Below are positions 29,344 to 38,470 of a stretch of DNA of 64,000 nucleotides, one piece after another. The stretch covers positions 1 through 64,000 of the IMG/VR virus record IMGVR_UViG_3300028567_000401; one strand, written 5' to 3'. The notes under the pieces are model-generated. The model was not told the DNA's origin. It made no database searches and saw nothing but the letters and a program-made list of their open reading frames with translations. The stretch is from a virus (taxonomy: Duplodnaviria > Caudoviricetes). Each line of letters opens with the position of its first letter. The first letter of the stretch is position 1. Both the position numbers and the translations under genes were made by a program.

Positions 29344-30363
29344 TTACAATTCTTCTAGGATTTCTTTGCCAATTTCGGCATCGGCTATTTCATCTACAGA
29401 CACACCTAATCCAGCACTAATATATTGAGCATATTTTTTCTTATATTCATCTAATGAAGATTTTTTATCAGCATCTGTTCTACATTTCATAAAATCATGT
29501 GCAGTAATCATAATTTTACCATCTGCGTATCCTAATCCATTTATATGATTTTTAAGCACACTAACTTTTGTAATTGTCGCTATTTTTATAGTTCTTCCAT
29601 TCTTAGTTATTGGAACTTTATAAATTCCGGCATTTTTTTCATTACCAAATAAGTAAACCAAGGTTGAATTTAACCAAATGGCTTCACCACCTTTAGCCTT
29701 AATTTTTGGCTGTCCATATATATTTTCTGGTAATTCTACCCAAGGTTGATTACATATAATCAATGTATTAGTATACTTTTCTTCTGATCTTCTAGATCCT
29801 GTAATTCTTTGATTTAATCCCATTCCTATTTTATCGGCTAAGACCGCGGCATTATGTTGCTTCCCACCCTTACCATCATATGTCATTTTACAAGGTATTG
29901 ATCCAACAGAATCCCAGAAAAAACATATATCTTTATTTATTTCTCCCTTTATTTGTATATCTAATAATTCATTAATAAAATCAGTAACTTGTTCAATCCA
30001 TTTAAAATCATTATTAAAAATAAAATTACCATAATAACTTATATTTCCGGTTGTTGAATCTATTTCTTCCTCATATTCTAATCCCATTAATTTTGCATGA
30101 GAAAAATCCCATTTTTGTTCTGTAACTATAAAAACCGGTAAAATATCTTTTCTTAAACAATCTATTGCTGTTTTAATTAATGCTGTTGTTTTTCCTGTAT
30201 CTGAATGTCCAAGAAACATATTTATATGTCCCATAGCGGGTCCTGGAAGTCCCGTAGCATCTAAAAATGCATCACCCAAATCAAAAAATCTTTGAGGTTT
30301 ATATGATGCAGTTGATGAATATTTTTTTAAAACTGCCGAAAAATCATTTTTCTTTATTGCCAT
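29344..30363 (-). CDS. recA: RecA/UvsX-like recombinase
   Basis: Walker A GHSDTGKTT, Walker B FFWDSVG, ICNQ and KAKGGEA motifs. Confidence 0.85.
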   Translation of the reverse strand: MAIKKNDFSAVLKKYSSTASYKPQRFFDLGDAFLDATGLPGPAMGHINMFLGHSDTGKTTALIKTAIDCLRKDILPVFIVTEQKWDFSHAKLMGLEYEEEIDSTTGNISYYGNFIFNNDFKWIEQVTDFINELLDIQIKGEINKDICFFWDSVGSIPCKMTYDGKGGKQHNAAVLADKIGMGLNQRITGSRRSEEKYTNTLIICNQPWVELPENIYGQPKIKAKGGEAIWLNSTLVYLFGNEKNAGIYKVPITKNGRTIKIATITKVSVLKNHINGLGYADGKIMITAHDFMKCRTDADKKSSLDEYKKKYAQYISAGLGVSVDEIADAEIGKEILEEL

Positions 30364-30516
30364 TTTATATATTTTATCTTTTATTCCACAAAATTAAACA
30401 AGTTCCAAATTCTTGAAAAACATCACAAAAGAGGCAGGATCGAGATCAATAGTACCTATCACTTTTCTTGATGCATCTACAAATTGATATACCTATCATA
30501 ATAAAATTTTTAAAAT

Positions 30517-30545
30517 GCCCGTGTCTTTTGGACACGGGCTTATTT
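30517..30545 (-). terminator. Intrinsic terminator after the SSB gene
   Basis: Perfect 9-bp GC-rich stem GCCCGTGTC / GACACGGGC flanked by A/T tracts. Confidence 0.85.
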
Positions 30546-30549
30546 TATC

Positions 30550-31392
30550 TTAGAATGGAAGATCCTCATCAGAATCTTCTTCTTCTTGTGGGTCTTCTGA
30601 TATATATTCAGATTGTTGCGCAACATCATCCATGGCTTCTATTTGCGAACTTGATATCCATTTATTAGTATTTTGATCCCATTTCGGTGTTTCTCCATTA
30701 GCAACAATATCTAAATAATCATCTGACTTTTTTGAATAAACATCGGACCATACTAACGAATCATCGATCCAACTTTTTAGTCGTTCTTCATTAGTAGATA
30801 AAGGACTCGGATCTTCAGGAATAATTGAACTAATCGTTGTATACTCTTTACCACTACCCGATTTAATAATACTTAACGAAAGTGTTAAATCTCTACCATT
30901 AATGATATCAGTAATATCTCCTCTACTTTTAAATATGGGAAATATTTTGTCTAATACTCCATCACTTTTTGAATTATGTTTAAATCTCCAGAATTTAGGA
31001 CCATCATCCTCATGTTCTCTATCTATAACTTTTACAATATAATACTTACGAGCACGATAATTTTTTGCTAATTCTTTATCGGACTCAATACCTGTATCCA
31101 ATAAACTTTGATAAACTTCATTTAATGGTGATCTTTTACCCTCCTGTTTTGGATCATAAAGTTTCATCCATTTTCCATCTACTTGTATTTCATGGAAATA
31201 AACCTCAACAAAAGGTGACGAACCATCTTTAGTCGGTAAAATACGAATTCTTCTTGTTTGATCTGTAACACCTTTTGGTAAAACTGTTGTAAAATACTTC
31301 TTCATGCGCTCATCTTGTGATGCAAATTTGTTGCCGCTTGCGGCTTTTTTGTTTCTTTCGTACTGTTCTTGTACTGATTCAAATATACCCAT
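30550..31392 (-). CDS. Single-stranded DNA-binding protein (T4 gp32-like)
   Basis: RIRILP, PFVEVYFH, KVIDREHEDDGPKFWRF, GDITDIINGRDL and an acidic tail ending DEDLPF. Confidence 0.8.
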   Translation of the reverse strand: MGIFESVQEQYERNKKAASGNKFASQDERMKKYFTTVLPKGVTDQTRRIRILPTKDGSSPFVEVYFHEIQVDGKWMKLYDPKQEGKRSPLNEVYQSLLDTGIESDKELAKNYRARKYYIVKVIDREHEDDGPKFWRFKHNSKSDGVLDKIFPIFKSRGDITDIINGRDLTLSLSIIKSGSGKEYTTISSIIPEDPSPLSTNEERLKSWIDDSLVWSDVYSKKSDDYLDIVANGETPKWDQNTNKWISSSQIEAMDDVAQQSEYISEDPQEEEDSDEDLPF

Positions 31393-31440
31393 AATTGTAA
31401 AATTTTAATAAAAATGTTAATTAACAATCAAAATATACAT

Positions 31441-31468
31441 AAAAAAAGCCTGATTACCAAACCAGGCT
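31441..31468 (-). terminator. Probable intrinsic terminator after the 31507-32154 gene
   Basis: AGCCTG / CAGGCT stem with a 10-nt loop, followed by a U-tract on the - strand. Confidence 0.55.
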
Positions 31469-31506
31469 CTCCTTTTTTTATAATTTTTCAAAATTATTTA
31501 TCACAA

Positions 31507-32154
31507 TTAAAAGTTATAATCATTCTCAAAGGCTTTTGGATTAAAAGATTTCATAATTTCATACTTACCATAATTTTCAATATCATTTTTAGTTAATATA
31601 TATTCATTTTTACCAGAAGCTCTCATTTCTTCCTGTTTATTATTAAAAAATTCACTTGGATTTTGACTAAATGGATACGAATCTAATGACCTCAATTCTA
31701 GTTTTTCTACTGGCGTTTTTGGCCTAGTTTTTTCAATTTCACTACTTAATTGATCTATTTTTGCTATAACATTATCCATTTCCCCTAATTTTGTTTCTAA
31801 TTCTCCTAACTTATTAAAAACATTATCCATTTTTTCAATTACGTCCACTTCTGCTTTTGGTTGAGTATCAAGTTGTTTTTTAATACTTTTAGTCATATTA
31901 ACTAAATCTGTGATATCTATTTCTTCAGTAGTATCATCTAATTCGGCCGCAGAACCAGTTGCAACTTCAGGAGGAGTTTCAGTATCTCCCGTCATTTTGG
32001 GCATATTCATAGATCCACCTTCTGGAGATAAGTTAGAAATATCTCCTCCGGGTAGCGGTGGAATCGGAGCTTCTTGTTCAATTATATATTTTTCGGCATA
32101 TCTGTTTATTGCCCAAAAACGTTTTACTTCTTCATTAATATTTTTCATTTTCAT
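31507..32154 (-). CDS. Hypothetical protein with a Pro-rich linker and coiled coil
   Basis: 215-aa ATG ORF with a heptad-like central region. Confidence 0.75.
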   Translation of the reverse strand: MKMKNINEEVKRFWAINRYAEKYIIEQEAPIPPLPGGDISNLSPEGGSMNMPKMTGDTETPPEVATGSAAELDDTTEEIDITDLVNMTKSIKKQLDTQPKAEVDVIEKMDNVFNKLGELETKLGEMDNVIAKIDQLSSEIEKTRPKTPVEKLELRSLDSYPFSQNPSEFFNNKQEEMRASGKNEYILTKNDIENYGKYEIMKSFNPKAFENDYNF

Positions 32155-32167
32155 AATTAAAAATTTA

Positions 32168-32395
32168 TTAATCTTGTAATAATAATCTACCGTCTTCGGT
32201 TATATATTTTTTATTAACTCTTTCAATCAATCCATCCATTAACCTCAGGATATGACATTCACCTGTTTCAAGGTCACATATAGTTTCTTCCATACCATCA
32301 TCTGAAATTTTCTTAATAACGGTACTCTTTTTTAAAAAGTCTTCTACGGTACTCTTTTTTAAAAAGTCTTCTAATGTTTTACTTATATTATCCAT
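32168..32395 (-). CDS. Hypothetical protein (75 aa) with a 9-aa tandem duplication
   Basis: EDFLKKSTV occurs twice; upstream TATTTATA motif. Confidence 0.7.
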   Translation of the reverse strand: MDNISKTLEDFLKKSTVEDFLKKSTVIKKISDDGMEETICDLETGECHILRLMDGLIERVNKKYITEDGRLLLQD

Positions 32396-32421
32396 CTTTA
32401 CATTTTTATATAAATATCATA

Positions 32422-35400
32422 TTATTTAGTTAAATTAAAATATACAATATCATCATTAAATAAATCTAATTTTTTCATTAAAGATTTTGATAAAGCAATA
32501 CCATATCCTTCAATACTCGGACCAACATTAACTGGTCCAACATATGTTTTTGATGGACCATTTAAAAAATTTACCATTCTAAAATACTTATTATTTTTAG
32601 GATTTAAAAATTCTGTATTTATATAACCCGCAGAATCTGTTAATATAATAAAACCATCTTTACTACGAGGTATTTTATTTAAATCAAATTTAGTTTCATA
32701 TATATAATTAGATTTTAATGAATCATATATATCAGACCATTTTACGTTTCCAGATAATCTAGTTCCAGATGCAATACTCATACTACGATCTGGAGGAATT
32801 TTATATTTAGGCGAATCCATTTCAACAACTCTTGCCCTTAACCAAGTTTTTTTATTATACTCTATTTTCGTAATTTCAGGTTGGTTGCCCGCACCATTAA
32901 ATGGTATTCCATATGGCTCATATCCTCCATGTTTTTCAACCATAGTTTCACCAGGAAGAAGTTTACCATGTAAATCATACGTATTAACACCATTATTTGT
33001 TATTGTTTGTTGCGTTTTAGTTGTTTCAGTAAGATTATGACCCTCTTTTACTATTCTTACTGCTTCTTTTATCACTTTATCAAATAATGGTCTATAACTA
33101 GCCATAAATGAATCTTCTGGTTTAGGTAATGCCAATTGAGGTATTCTTGTACCTTTAAACATTGTTTCGATGCCTGTTGACCTAATATTATGAGTTACTT
33201 CAGTAATCCAATATGAACCTCTAAACATCGGAACATTTTTTAAATAAAAATACATAGTTGGCTGTATCATAACATTTCCCATAGATGTTACAGTACATTG
33301 ATATGATGCTTGCCTATATATATTCCACAATCCAATGTCTACTTGAGCAGTACTTGTTCCACCTTCACTGCGTCCTAATTGCTCATACACATAGAATGAT
33401 TCTGAAGTATTTCTTATTGTAGATTGATCTAATTCTAATCCTTTAAAAATTGATTGATTTTGATCACCAAAACTTACTTCAAAAGCAACTACTTTATTTG
33501 ATTTTGTAAAATCTGTAGATGCAAAAATATCGTCAGAAACAATAATGGGGTTATTATTAGTATCACCAATATCAAACCCATCATTATTAAACAAATAATT
33601 TTTATTTTTATTTATAATATCTGACATTTCAGGATGTTTAGATGTTGGCCCAATATATTGTAATATTATTTTTGGTGTAGCTTCTTGATAATCCACATCT
33701 AAAAATGAACCAAACATACTTCTAGCAATATCTCTAGATGGTGTAATTCGTAGAGCACTAGTAGCACTAGTTCCATAAAAATTAACATATGCAGGTAATG
33801 CTCTAATATCAAACCCAGTATCTTGAATTAATAAACTAATTGCGCTATATAAATTAATGCCAGCATTCTCACTTAATCCTAGTCTTATAAATTTAGATAA
33901 ATCAATAAAAACTTTTTGTCCAATATCTTTATTAGCCCTATCCAAAAAAAGAAACTCTTCTATTAATAATCGTTGTCCAATAGAATTACCTGCTATCCAT
34001 TTATCATTAAAAGATTTGAAATAATTATATGTTTCTAATTTTAATGTTTGTTCATCATTGTGTCCTCTTAATATTGATGAACTTCGTTCTTCTATTACAT
34101 CACCATTAAGATTATGTTGAATTTTATGTATAAGATATGTTAAATAATTATTTAATCTTTGTGCTGGCGGTTTTACTCCTAGTGTTGATGGTGGATTTAT
34201 TATATTATTATTAACATAATTAATAAATTCATCATGTGATGGATTTTCTCCTTCAGCTCTTAATCCCGCATACATATATATTAATGGTCTAAACTGTTTA
34301 ATATTTTCTTCATTTAATTCAATATTATTAACTCTAAAAAAATCTTGATAATATCCATCCATATCTTCACCTAAATAAAGTTCAATATTACCAAGATTTG
34401 TTAGAATTTGCCCTATATTATATGAATTCAATGAAAAATGTTTAACATTAACACCAGTAAATCCTCCAAATAAATAATCATCATGTTCTCTCGGATTTGA
34501 AATTGAAAGCTTAATTAGATTATCTTTCATCTGAAGTTGAGCTGTAATATCTGACAATTTATTTAATTGTTTAATTTTTAAACTTTTAAGTAATTCTACA
34601 TTATTTGTTTCATCTGTATTCTCTTTTTTTACTGATACTATAGCATTTAATAAATCTTGAAATCTTGTATATGAAACTTTGTATGGTGTATATGAAATAT
34701 TTTCATTTAATTTCTCACTACAAAAATTTAAAAATGCAGATTCAAATACATCTAATATATCTGGTTTAAATGTTGCAATTAAATCAATAATTTTTTTATA
34801 ATTTGACGAAATAGAAAATTCATTTTTTATTGTTCTAATATATTCTTTATAATTGGGAAATGAATAACGAGTATAATCAATATTTGTATCACCAATAACA
34901 AAATCTGTTCCCACACCCCATATAACTCTAAAATTTTCCTGTTCTGCTAATATAAAATCAGTTGCATCCACAGGATTCATTCCATTAGTCGGTAACAAAA
35001 CATATCTTTGATCATTACTATCAAATTTAGATTCATCTATAACCGTTGACCATGTATTTGCTCCAACAGCAACTCCACTACAAGATCTAATCGTACCGTT
35101 TGATACCGCATTAGAATAACTATTATCTGGTAAATCAATATTGTAAAAACCATATCCATTTACTATTTGATGAAAAATAGTTTCATAATATGGATGAAAC
35201 CCTATATCAGATGTAGTAGATTCACTTATAGATTTACCACCATATAATCCAGTAAATGTAACTCCTTGTTTATTATCAAAAAATAAATTTGATTCAATTC
35301 TATTTATTATACCATTAATAATATCAACGCCATCATTTATATATTTTTTATATCGATGATAAATTGAACCCCATTTTAATATTAAATAATATGGAATAAA

Positions 35401-38157
35401 ATGTGTCGAGCCTAGTTCTCTAAACATTGTCGACATGACTGTTGGTGTACCGGGATTTGATTGCCAAGTTTCACTTTTATACACGATAGTATCGTCAAGA
35501 TCTTTATATGGTAATGAATTTAAAAGTAAATAAGCTGATCCAGCATATTTTCCTGTAGATTCTAATTTAATAAAATCATTATATAATTGCCAATGAAAAT
35601 ATGGTGTATTTAATATATGTTTTTTATGTCCATCAATATCAATTGTATTCATAAACATATTTGATGTAAATCCATCTTTAATCCACATTGCCGAATCTAT
35701 TGGAGATGAAATAAATGCAAATGGAGTATTAACTTGTATCATACCATTTAAATTCAAATCATTCTTATTATAACTTTTATATATTGGCGAATTAAATGGA
35801 TATAATTTATTTCTATATTGTTCGGCTTTATAATTTTTTAAAAAGTTATTTACTTTTGTATAATCGCCATTACTACTTTTTGTATTTAAATCAGTCCTAA
35901 AAGATTCCATACTAAAATCATTTGTAAGACCATTTTGTATGTAGCCTGTTGACGGTAATTGATCTAAATAATATTGATATTTATTTGTTATAGTAGACAT
36001 TTGTTTAATCAAATCATCATAATTAGAAACTTGTTTTTTTAATGTATTAATAACATCAACATCCCACATAATTTGATTTTCTAAATTAGAATATTCAACA
36101 TCGGCTAATTCATGTATTGCATCTGTACTAAATGGGCTTAACATTGTCGTTACCTTTGCCCTCTCATACATTTCATATAATATATTACTAATTGACTTAT
36201 CAGTATATGGTATTGTATTTAAAACATTACTAAATACACTTGTATCTTTAACAATTATATCAATATCTTCTGAACCATAAACAAAATGAACATTATCTGG
36301 AGTACCTTCTTTACCCGCAAGATTGTCTTTTATTTTTGTTGATACCATATAAAAATTTTCAACAAATTCTACTTCTGGCCATAAATTACTATCCCATGAT
36401 TTTAATTTCATTTCCATTTGTTTACTTCCCGGATAAATGACAACATTTTCTCTGTCGCCATGTGTTCCTAACTTTATTTCAGGCCATGGATAAATGGTAT
36501 CACCACCATCAGTTATAATTGATTGTTCATCCAATATCTTTTTTCTTTGTCTTGCATTTTCAAATGCTCTTTCATGAACATCTTTCATTAATCTAATATA
36601 TGTTTCAGCATTTGCAAGAACAATTGCAATAACGTTTCTAATTGTTGGTTTAAATCCAAGTCCTGTGTCCTTAGATCCTTTAATAATTTCATTCATCAAT
36701 GTTTCAATATCAGTTTCTAATTTGTTTCTTTGTTCAATGAAATTTACCAACATTTTATTTATTTCATCTATTATAAAGTGTGTATTAACACCTATTTTCC
36801 CATCTTGTTCTATATAAAAATCTTTTACATTTTTTACACTTGCACAAGATATTGTTTGAGTTTTATATTTTTTATTTTCTTTATTATTAGACGAGGCATC
36901 AATACCAAATGCAAAATTATTTTCTAACCTTTTTGTATATTCCTTCAAAATTTTCCCAAGAGAATCTAATTGATCTTTTTGATTCGATGAACTTGCCAAG
37001 AAATATTTCCATCGTATTAATTCTTCTTCATTTAAAATAGGATCTAATCTCGTTGCGGGAATCACATTCATAAAAGACGTTTGTGATAAATTACTAATAT
37101 CCCATGCATTAATTTTCTTTATAAATTCTATAATATCATTTTCATATTCTTTTACTGCCGCTAATGTTCTATAATCAACAAATTCGTCAAATAACTTTTT
37201 TTCCATTATCTTATTAAGTCGTCCAGCCAAAACAATAATTTCTCTAAGTGTTTTTATTGGAAAATCTTTTGGTAGATAACCTTTACTAATATATTCTTGA
37301 TATACCGATTTTAATACTCGATATCCTTTTGTTGTTCTTTTTATTTCTTTCTCATATAATCCAGTAAGTTCATTATATTTTATATCTTCACTTGTTTCAG
37401 AAAAATAAAAATAAGGGGCATTTAATATTGTTTGTAATCCAATATCTGCTAAATATGCATATGTAGATCCCACAAAATTACAATCAATTTCAAAATTACC
37501 ATTTATAGAATCATACCTAGAATTAAATTTAATCAAATGTAATCTATATTTAATTGCTTTACCATAATATCCTTTTACTGTTAAATAAAATATTGGCCAA
37601 GGTATATGAAAAAATGCGGCATATGGAGAATCTTGTGGTGTTTCAAATAATGTTTTTCCTCTAACATCAATAAATCTAATATCAACTCTTGGTATAAAAT
37701 TGGCACCCATAACTTTTATTGATATATTATCAATTCCAAAAGTTTGTGCTGTTGGATCAATACCTTTACCTTCTTTAACTTCCGGAAAATATGTATTAAT
37801 ACGACCATAAGTGGCTTCTGGCCCTCCAATATTAGTCAATGTCGTTGTTCGTTGATTATTACTAATAAATGATTCTGTCCATCTTGTGTCATAATCGCTA
37901 CCGTCAGCATTTTTCATAAAATTAATGGTGCCACTAGCTATTGATCTAATAGTACTTTTAAGATCATTTGCTATAAGTGTTGTTCGGGGAATTAAATCCG
38001 CTTCTAAATTAACATACATGACAAGATTCTCTAGCTCAACCATTCGTGGTTTAAGCACACCATTATCTATAACAGTATTTGGATCAATATAAATAAGATT
38101 ATTATGATCAACTTTAATTAATAACTCGTTTGTTGATTTTATATCACTATTCCCCAT
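32422..38157 (-). CDS. 1911-aa virion structural protein, probably baseplate/hub-associated
   Basis: Very long ORF in the tail operon after the tape measure and LysM-like genes; function inferred from context only. Confidence 0.55.
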   Translation of the reverse strand: MGNSDIKSTNELLIKVDHNNLIYIDPNTVIDNGVLKPRMVELENLVMYVNLEADLIPRTTLIANDLKSTIRSIASGTINFMKNADGSDYDTRWTESFISNNQRTTTLTNIGGPEATYGRINTYFPEVKEGKGIDPTAQTFGIDNISIKVMGANFIPRVDIRFIDVRGKTLFETPQDSPYAAFFHIPWPIFYLTVKGYYGKAIKYRLHLIKFNSRYDSINGNFEIDCNFVGSTYAYLADIGLQTILNAPYFYFSETSEDIKYNELTGLYEKEIKRTTKGYRVLKSVYQEYISKGYLPKDFPIKTLREIIVLAGRLNKIMEKKLFDEFVDYRTLAAVKEYENDIIEFIKKINAWDISNLSQTSFMNVIPATRLDPILNEEELIRWKYFLASSSNQKDQLDSLGKILKEYTKRLENNFAFGIDASSNNKENKKYKTQTISCASVKNVKDFYIEQDGKIGVNTHFIIDEINKMLVNFIEQRNKLETDIETLMNEIIKGSKDTGLGFKPTIRNVIAIVLANAETYIRLMKDVHERAFENARQRKKILDEQSIITDGGDTIYPWPEIKLGTHGDRENVVIYPGSKQMEMKLKSWDSNLWPEVEFVENFYMVSTKIKDNLAGKEGTPDNVHFVYGSEDIDIIVKDTSVFSNVLNTIPYTDKSISNILYEMYERAKVTTMLSPFSTDAIHELADVEYSNLENQIMWDVDVINTLKKQVSNYDDLIKQMSTITNKYQYYLDQLPSTGYIQNGLTNDFSMESFRTDLNTKSSNGDYTKVNNFLKNYKAEQYRNKLYPFNSPIYKSYNKNDLNLNGMIQVNTPFAFISSPIDSAMWIKDGFTSNMFMNTIDIDGHKKHILNTPYFHWQLYNDFIKLESTGKYAGSAYLLLNSLPYKDLDDTIVYKSETWQSNPGTPTVMSTMFRELGSTHFIPYYLILKWGSIYHRYKKYINDGVDIINGIINRIESNLFFDNKQGVTFTGLYGGKSISESTTSDIGFHPYYETIFHQIVNGYGFYNIDLPDNSYSNAVSNGTIRSCSGVAVGANTWSTVIDESKFDSNDQRYVLLPTNGMNPVDATDFILAEQENFRVIWGVGTDFVIGDTNIDYTRYSFPNYKEYIRTIKNEFSISSNYKKIIDLIATFKPDILDVFESAFLNFCSEKLNENISYTPYKVSYTRFQDLLNAIVSVKKENTDETNNVELLKSLKIKQLNKLSDITAQLQMKDNLIKLSISNPREHDDYLFGGFTGVNVKHFSLNSYNIGQILTNLGNIELYLGEDMDGYYQDFFRVNNIELNEENIKQFRPLIYMYAGLRAEGENPSHDEFINYVNNNIINPPSTLGVKPPAQRLNNYLTYLIHKIQHNLNGDVIEERSSSILRGHNDEQTLKLETYNYFKSFNDKWIAGNSIGQRLLIEEFLFLDRANKDIGQKVFIDLSKFIRLGLSENAGINLYSAISLLIQDTGFDIRALPAYVNFYGTSATSALRITPSRDIARSMFGSFLDVDYQEATPKIILQYIGPTSKHPEMSDIINKNKNYLFNNDGFDIGDTNNNPIIVSDDIFASTDFTKSNKVVAFEVSFGDQNQSIFKGLELDQSTIRNTSESFYVYEQLGRSEGGTSTAQVDIGLWNIYRQASYQCTVTSMGNVMIQPTMYFYLKNVPMFRGSYWITEVTHNIRSTGIETMFKGTRIPQLALPKPEDSFMASYRPLFDKVIKEAVRIVKEGHNLTETTKTQQTITNNGVNTYDLHGKLLPGETMVEKHGGYEPYGIPFNGAGNQPEITKIEYNKKTWLRARVVEMDSPKYKIPPDRSMSIASGTRLSGNVKWSDIYDSLKSNYIYETKFDLNKIPRSKDGFIILTDSAGYINTEFLNPKNNKYFRMVNFLNGPSKTYVGPVNVGPSIEGYGIALSKSLMKKLDLFNDDIVYFNLTK

Positions 38158-38470
38158 AATATAATTTATACAATTCTATACTTTTTTTATAATCTTGTAA
38201 AGATGAAATAAGAGGAAACGGTATTCTAAGTAAATAATGGTCTGGCATCATAAATTCGATACCACCAATCGCTGGATTCGCTTGTAATATTAACCAGCCA
38301 AACAATGGTGAATTATAATATTCTTGTGATAACTTATCCAATCTATCTTTATTACGTCTAAATTGAATATACTTATCAGTAGATTTAATTGGAATTTCAA
38401 TACCAGGAACAATCCTAAACGTTCCTTCACTTTCAAAAAATTGATATCTGTCAAAATATTGATTATTCAT
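38147..38470 (-). CDS. Small baseplate protein with a LysM-like fold (gp53/tail X-like)
   Basis: DRLDKLSQEYYNSPLFGWLILQANP...LRIP pattern typical of LysM/gp53-like wedge proteins. Confidence 0.65.
   Translation of the reverse strand: MNNQYFDRYQFFESEGTFRIVPGIEIPIKSTDKYIQFRRNKDRLDKLSQEYYNSPLFGWLILQANPAIGGIEFMMPDHYLLRIPFPLISSLQDYKKSIELYKLYYGE

Noticed and set aside
32422-32560. Possible RlpA/double-psi barrel lytic motif at the C-terminus of the 1911-aa protein (GIALSKSLMKKLDL)
   Set aside because: Only a weak resemblance and no catalytic Asp could be placed; needs structure prediction.
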